From: Bacteriovoracia bacterium
GTDB lineage: Bacteria; Bdellovibrionota; UBA1018; JBFWNL01
Assembly (NCBI GenBank): GCA_050251055.1
Contig: JBFWNL010000012.1
Span: 19,805-83,804, forward strand
DNA length: 64,000 nucleotides
Direction: 5' to 3'
Shown here: one piece after another, positions 59,427 to 64,000 of the stretch
How positions within the stretch are numbered: the stretch's first letter is position 1
Layout of the letters: every line of letters begins with the position of its first letter
Notes under the pieces: model-generated
Told to the model about the DNA's origin: nothing
The model's database searches: none
What the model saw: only the letters and a program-made list of their open reading frames with translations
Made by a program: the position numbers and the translations under genes

Positions 59427-60503
59427 GTGATGAACCGGGCAAAATACATCTCTGCATTCTTGGTGCTTTCCGCCGGCACGGCCATTGCCGCGCCCCCTAC
59501 TCTGACGCAAACACGCGCCTATGAGAATGCGGTTTACCTTTCACGAATGCTTTCCGTTCCGTTCTATCGGGATCTCGACGCTTACGCGGAGCCACGCTAT
59601 TCCGCGTTCGACAACACGGACCCCTCTCCGGGGCAAGTGGCTTGGTATCAAATCAATTACTATCGAAACCTCAACCGAGAGTGCAAGCGGCACCCAGAAA
59701 CCTGGCAGAGCTGCCACAATATTAAAAAGCACTTGGCCGAAAAACTATCGGAGCCTTTCGGCCAAAACACGCTCGCTTTCTACAATAAAGACGGTACGTG
59801 CTTCGGCTGGAATATCCTGCATCGTAAGTTATTGAGCCGCGCGCGCTTTCGCCCCGAACTCGATATCCCCGCCGATATGGACGAGAAGCATGTGGACCGC
59901 ATGATACGCGCCATGCGCGAGGGTGAAATCGTGGAGATCCCTGGCTTCTCCAGCATCCATGCATTCACCGAAAAGTACGAGAAGATCGCGCGGAGCCACG
60001 CCAAAGGAGAGTGGACCCGGCAGGTCTCCCCCGCCACCGTGGTGCTTTTCTTGGAAAGTAGCATATTTCAAAGCCGCCTCGATGCACTCCGCGAGATTCG
60101 GGAAATCTTCCGCGCGGGCGAACGTCCGCAGATCTCCGTAAAAATGGTGGAGGGAAGACATTCGCTCATGGTTAACGACATCCAAGAGCGGCCCGACCGG
60201 AGCTGGGACTTGGAAGTCATTGATTCGAATTACCCCTCTGTACCTGCGGTGATCCGCTTAAATGCCGAAGGCAAAGCCATCAATACCGCGGTTGAGAATG
60301 CCATGCTTACCGCCAAGCCCTACCGACGGGCCGACTTTAACGCCAACTACAAATGGAAGGTGGCGTTTCGAATCACGGACATTGCCTACACGACCCACTA
60401 CGAGGAGACGGAACGGGACGACGTGGCGCTCACCGCCGAGTGCTGCTACCGCGAGCTGAAAGAGCTTGGCCTGGACCAACCACCGCCCCCGTTGAGCCGC
60501 TAA
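59427..60503 (+). CDS. Secreted protein with putative papain-like Cys-His-Asp triad
   Basis: Signal peptide; GTCFG, RHSLMV and VIDSNYP in papain-fold order. Confidence 0.55.
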   Translation: MMNRAKYISAFLVLSAGTAIAAPPTLTQTRAYENAVYLSRMLSVPFYRDLDAYAEPRYSAFDNTDPSPGQVAWYQINYYRNLNRECKRHPETWQSCHNIKKHLAEKLSEPFGQNTLAFYNKDGTCFGWNILHRKLLSRARFRPELDIPADMDEKHVDRMIRAMREGEIVEIPGFSSIHAFTEKYEKIARSHAKGEWTRQVSPATVVLFLESSIFQSRLDALREIREIFRAGERPQISVKMVEGRHSLMVNDIQERPDRSWDLEVIDSNYPSVPAVIRLNAEGKAINTAVENAMLTAKPYRRADFNANYKWKVAFRITDIAYTTHYEETERDDVALTAECCYRELKELGLDQPPPPLSR

Positions 60504-60568
60504 CACCCGTTAAAAGGGCGCTCGCCCGAAAATTTGACACCACGCATCACAGTTGATAGGGAAACGCC

Positions 60569-61774
60569 ATGAGATTGGGCAAACTCGTTGGATTCCTATT
60601 ATTGGGCGCGAGCGTCGCGCAGGCGAATGGCTCGGGCTTGGGTTTATCTATTTATCGTCCGGAAGATACCTTTCCGGTGCTACTCGATTTCGTCCGCTAC
60701 AACCCCAACTACTTCGAAGACGTTTCCGAGGGCGACGGATCCAAGCTTACCGTCACCCCATTTGCGAACACTTACGGGTTTGCCGAAATCCAAAATCTCC
60801 AGGCGCTCCCCGCATATAACTACGCGATTTCGCGCCTGGCGGCTTGGGAGAAAAACTCACCCGCGCTCACGAGCGCGATCCGAATCGCCTTAACCGGAAT
60901 TCACTGGTACGTCACTCCGTACGAACCAATTGTGAAGGCGGCGCCGGCCGACGTCGCGCCCATCACCAAAGAAATCCTGGGCACCGTCGTCGAAGATCCC
61001 CAAACCTTTCGCATGCGGATTTCCATCTCGGTGTGGAACAAGCACAAGACGGTTTCCCAAGCCGGCATTTTGGTTCACGAAGCGCTTCGCATGATCCAAA
61101 ACTCCGAACAGCCGACGATGACCGATCAGAAAGTCATGGAGCTCACGGCCCGCATCCTGCTTGAGTCGCCGAAGGAAAACGAAACGTTTGACGACAAATC
61201 CGCTTACGCCCCGCGCGGAGCGATGGTTCGCTACATCGAAGCGATCGCCGCCACGCCGAAACGAAACGAGACCGTAATTGCAACCTTGGAAAAAATAGAA
61301 AAGTCGTTTTCGGCCCAAGAGAGCCGCCTCCGAGACCTGTTCAAAACCGCGCGCCAGCACGTCGTAGAGAACCCTCGACTGGAATTCACCTCCGCGCAGG
61401 TCCAAGAGCTGGAAAACGCCATGCGTACCGCCCGATCCCCCAAACGCACGGCCGCCGACTGGACCACCTTCGTACGCGCGCAGAATCAGCACCTACGTGG
61501 CTCGTATGCTCCCCAATACCCTACCTACTACCGGAGCGTGTTCGGAAGTCTTATGAGTGAGGCGGACGTTCGTCAGTTCCTATCGGGAAACGCCGTCACG
61601 CTTGCGACGCACAACATCTATCGCGACGTAGATGCCCGCCTTTCGGCGATCAAGAAGGCAGACGCCGCGCGAGTGAGCGCTGGCGAGTTGCGCTGGGTGC
61701 TCGATCCTTCCCAGCCTAAGCCCAAGCGGGGGCCGTCGCTGAGCGTTCGGTCCACGAGCACTGGCTACCCTTAG
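60569..61774 (+). CDS. Secreted hypothetical protein with HEALR motif
   Basis: Signal peptide ending AQA; QAGILVHEALR. Confidence 0.7.
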   Translation: MRLGKLVGFLLLGASVAQANGSGLGLSIYRPEDTFPVLLDFVRYNPNYFEDVSEGDGSKLTVTPFANTYGFAEIQNLQALPAYNYAISRLAAWEKNSPALTSAIRIALTGIHWYVTPYEPIVKAAPADVAPITKEILGTVVEDPQTFRMRISISVWNKHKTVSQAGILVHEALRMIQNSEQPTMTDQKVMELTARILLESPKENETFDDKSAYAPRGAMVRYIEAIAATPKRNETVIATLEKIEKSFSAQESRLRDLFKTARQHVVENPRLEFTSAQVQELENAMRTARSPKRTAADWTTFVRAQNQHLRGSYAPQYPTYYRSVFGSLMSEADVRQFLSGNAVTLATHNIYRDVDARLSAIKKADAARVSAGELRWVLDPSQPKPKRGPSLSVRSTSTGYP

Positions 61775-61884
61775 TCGAGCCGAGCGACCCGGTTGCCCTC
61801 GGTTTTCCCGAATAATTCCAATCGCCCGCCCGAGCGGCTCATGCCCTAGCCCGTCTTTTCCGATACGACGGTGGGAGGTTTTGT

Positions 61885-62862
61885 TTGCGTCATTTAGGCT
61901 TTTATCTCATTTCCGGGCTGCTCGTTGCCGAGGCGTTAGCCCCGCGCGTGTTCGCGGCGTGCCGACCCGATGACGTCATCCGCCGGGCCGTTGAAACATC
62001 CGAAACCCTCGCGCTCGCCCGCCGGGCCCGCTTGAACGCCGCTCCCGGCCCGGGCGGCGTGATTGAAATTCAAAACGGTCCAGGCGGCCAAGCCCTGCGC
62101 CTGGGACACATCGAAAGCCACTCCACCACGGGAGGCAACTGGCTCGAGGGAGAAAAAAACGACGTCATGAAATCCATCGAAGCGGTCGTCCGACGGTATG
62201 CCGCCAGCGGTATGATGACCGACGAGCAAACGCTCAATCGACTGTATGTGATGTTTCACATCAATCGTCAACGCTCCCAGAGCTTCGAGTTTCTATATTT
62301 ATCCGGCACCGAGCAGGTAATCGACTCCCCGTTCTTCGGTCAGCTGACCCAGCACGCCCGCATCGATCCCGCCTTCTTAAAAGAGTGGGATTTACCGTCC
62401 CGTACCGTGCCTAAAGATATTCACGCCACCGCGCTCGTCTTCCATAATCCGCGGGAAATCGCCTATCCCAAGCTCGACGCCCAAGGTTTCATGGTCCGGG
62501 CGCCGGAAAATAGCGCGACTCACTTTGAATACGCGCACGCGATCCCCATTCCGGAAACCGCGCAGGGAAAGCACGTGGCGCTGATCAATCGCTTTATGAT
62601 TGATCCCGCTCTGACGCCCGACCAGCGTGCCTTCCACTACGTGAATCTGCTCTCGCGCCTAAAGGCCAGCGGCACCGACTGGGTTTACGTCGAGGCATCC
62701 GACCCCGCGCACGCGCGGCTATTTCAATCGCAGGGATTTGAAATCGCGCACGAGGTGAATTCCAACATTTACGGCGGCGAAAAAGTGACGATCTTGAAGG
62801 CCCCGCTCAGCCGTCTCTGGAGCAACGCCCAGACCCGTTACCCTGGTCTTTTGCCCGAATAA
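61885..62862 (+). CDS. Secreted hypothetical protein, possible GNAT-like C-terminus
   Basis: TTG start after GGGAGG; signal peptide; RFMID, VYVEA...HARLFQSQGF. Confidence 0.6.
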   Translation: MRHLGFYLISGLLVAEALAPRVFAACRPDDVIRRAVETSETLALARRARLNAAPGPGGVIEIQNGPGGQALRLGHIESHSTTGGNWLEGEKNDVMKSIEAVVRRYAASGMMTDEQTLNRLYVMFHINRQRSQSFEFLYLSGTEQVIDSPFFGQLTQHARIDPAFLKEWDLPSRTVPKDIHATALVFHNPREIAYPKLDAQGFMVRAPENSATHFEYAHAIPIPETAQGKHVALINRFMIDPALTPDQRAFHYVNLLSRLKASGTDWVYVEASDPAHARLFQSQGFEIAHEVNSNIYGGEKVTILKAPLSRLWSNAQTRYPGLLPE

Positions 62863-63474
62863 CTACTGCCGTGCGATCGGCACCCAGGCGCGGGTCGCCG
62901 CCAACACGCTCTGGCGAAGCGTGCGCGGATCGCTTCCTTCCGGATCCGTTCCCACCCGCAGCACCATTCCGGTGATCAGAGCCTGAATCACGTCGGCCAA
63001 CGCACCCGCGTCGCCGCGCCCAAACTGTCCACTTGCCTGCCCCTGCTCGATGATGCCCTGAATACGCCGCCGCCCCGTGAGAGCAATCTCGGCGTTGAGC
63101 CGCTGCAAAACCCGGTTGTGAAAGGTTAAGGCATAAAATTGACACATCAACGATTGCCGCTCGCGGTGATTTCCAATCCAATCAAACATGGCGTCGATCA
63201 TCGCCAGTAGCGCATCGAGCCCGGGTTTAGCACGCGTGACATAATCCACGGCCGTCTGTTGCCCGGTCAGGACTTCGCGCCGGACAATTTCGACGAAGAT
63301 CGCCTCGACGGACTCGAAATGGTAAAGCACGAGCGAGGGCTGCACCCGCGCCCGTAGGGCCACGCTCTTTAAAGTGGTGTGCGCGTACCCTTGTTTCGTG
63401 AATTCATGCACGGCGGCATTCAAAATCTGCTCTCGCCGCTCTTGTCCTTTACGGGAAAGCGCCTGCTCCATCAT
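62863..63474 (-). CDS. TetR/AcrR family transcriptional regulator
   Basis: RREQILNAAVHEF..GY..TT...VA.RA.V.....YHF HTH. Confidence 0.93.
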   Translation of the reverse strand: MMEQALSRKGQERREQILNAAVHEFTKQGYAHTTLKSVALRARVQPSLVLYHFESVEAIFVEIVRREVLTGQQTAVDYVTRAKPGLDALLAMIDAMFDWIGNHRERQSLMCQFYALTFHNRVLQRLNAEIALTGRRRIQGIIEQGQASGQFGRGDAGALADVIQALITGMVLRVGTDPEGSDPRTLRQSVLAATRAWVPIARQ

Positions 63475-63601
63475 ATTTAATTATTTTAATTATTATTTAA
63501 ATAATATTCAATACTTATATTTTTAATTAATAATATCAAATAGATATTTATAATTAAATTTTTAAATTTATTTCAAAAAAATTTGATTATTTTTCAAATT
63601 T
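63475..63601. promoter_or_regulatory. Extremely AT-rich divergent promoter/operator region
   Basis: Only 7 G/C in 63481-63600; palindrome TATTATTTAAATAATA (63491-63506) and inverted repeat AAATTTGA-N7-TCAAATTT (63579-63601). Confidence 0.6.
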
Positions 63602-63634
63602 AGGACAAAGTGCGTCAAACAAAAGGAGTACCCC

Positions 63635-64000
63635 ATGAAACCCCCAATCCAGTCCGTAAAAGTAAAGTATTTAGCCCTCGCCTCTCTTTGCCTGACGGTC
63701 AATGCGCTGGCCGACGTGAAGGAAACCCCTCTTGCCGTGCCGAATGGTGTCGTCCGGGCGACCTGGAGCAGTGAATGCAAAGGCGACATCACCCAAACCC
63801 AAGTCGTGAGTATTTACGACACCGTCGAAGAACTGCCGGAAGGGGCGATTCTTCGATCTGGCGCCATTCGCTTCACCGGCAAATCCGCCCAGGACCTCTT
63901 TGCGAAAATGAGCCCTGTCCCGAGCCTGCCCCCCATCATGAACAAAAGCGGTCCTGTCACGCGAAAGTCCGGCCAAATGGAATGCACCTGGTCGCGCCCC
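63635..64000 (+). CDS. Secreted hypothetical protein, truncated by window end (not in the ORF track)
   Basis: AAGGAG RBS, ATG at 63635, open to 64000: MKPPIQSVKVKYLALASLCLTVNALADVKE...; divergent from tetR. Confidence 0.7.
   Translation, partial: MKPPIQSVKVKYLALASLCLTVNALADVKETPLAVPNGVVRATWSSECKGDITQTQVVSIYDTVEELPEGAILRSGAIRFTGKSAQDLFAKMSPVPSLPPIMNKSGPVTRKSGQMECTWSRP

Noticed and set aside
63475-63601. Replication origin
   Set aside because: No DnaA boxes or dnaA/gid/par genes visible in the window

Overview
GC-rich bacterial chromosomal window with no rRNA, tRNA, CRISPR array or mobile element that I can support. Gene content (TIGR02147 protein, Bdellovibrio-type pilin-like proteins, many orphan secreted hydrolases and lipoproteins) suggests a Bdellovibrionota/Oligoflexia-like organism (inference). 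Recognisable genes are an RluA-family pseudouridine synthase, class II ribonucleotide reductase nrdJ (with tandem NrdR boxes and a terminator), an M48 peptidase, the prkA/yeaG-yeaH-spoVR trio, a PmbA-like protein, an RND pump, a PP2C phosphatase, an M23 peptidase, secA, a subtilase, a GNAT and a TetR. The best candidate for an undescribed system is the 0.2-10.4 kb cluster of four large Cys-rich lipoproteins forming two paralogous pairs. Its second gene appears to be a copy of the first gene's domain split by about 12 kelch repeats. Also notable are a putative operon of c-type cytochromes, a Tat-exported DUF1501-like protein and two secreted pentapeptide-repeat proteins; an RND permease fused to a TolC-like domain through an internal signal peptide; and three paralogous pilin-like genes with a shared Cys signature. 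All family assignments come from motif reading by eye; no searches were run.
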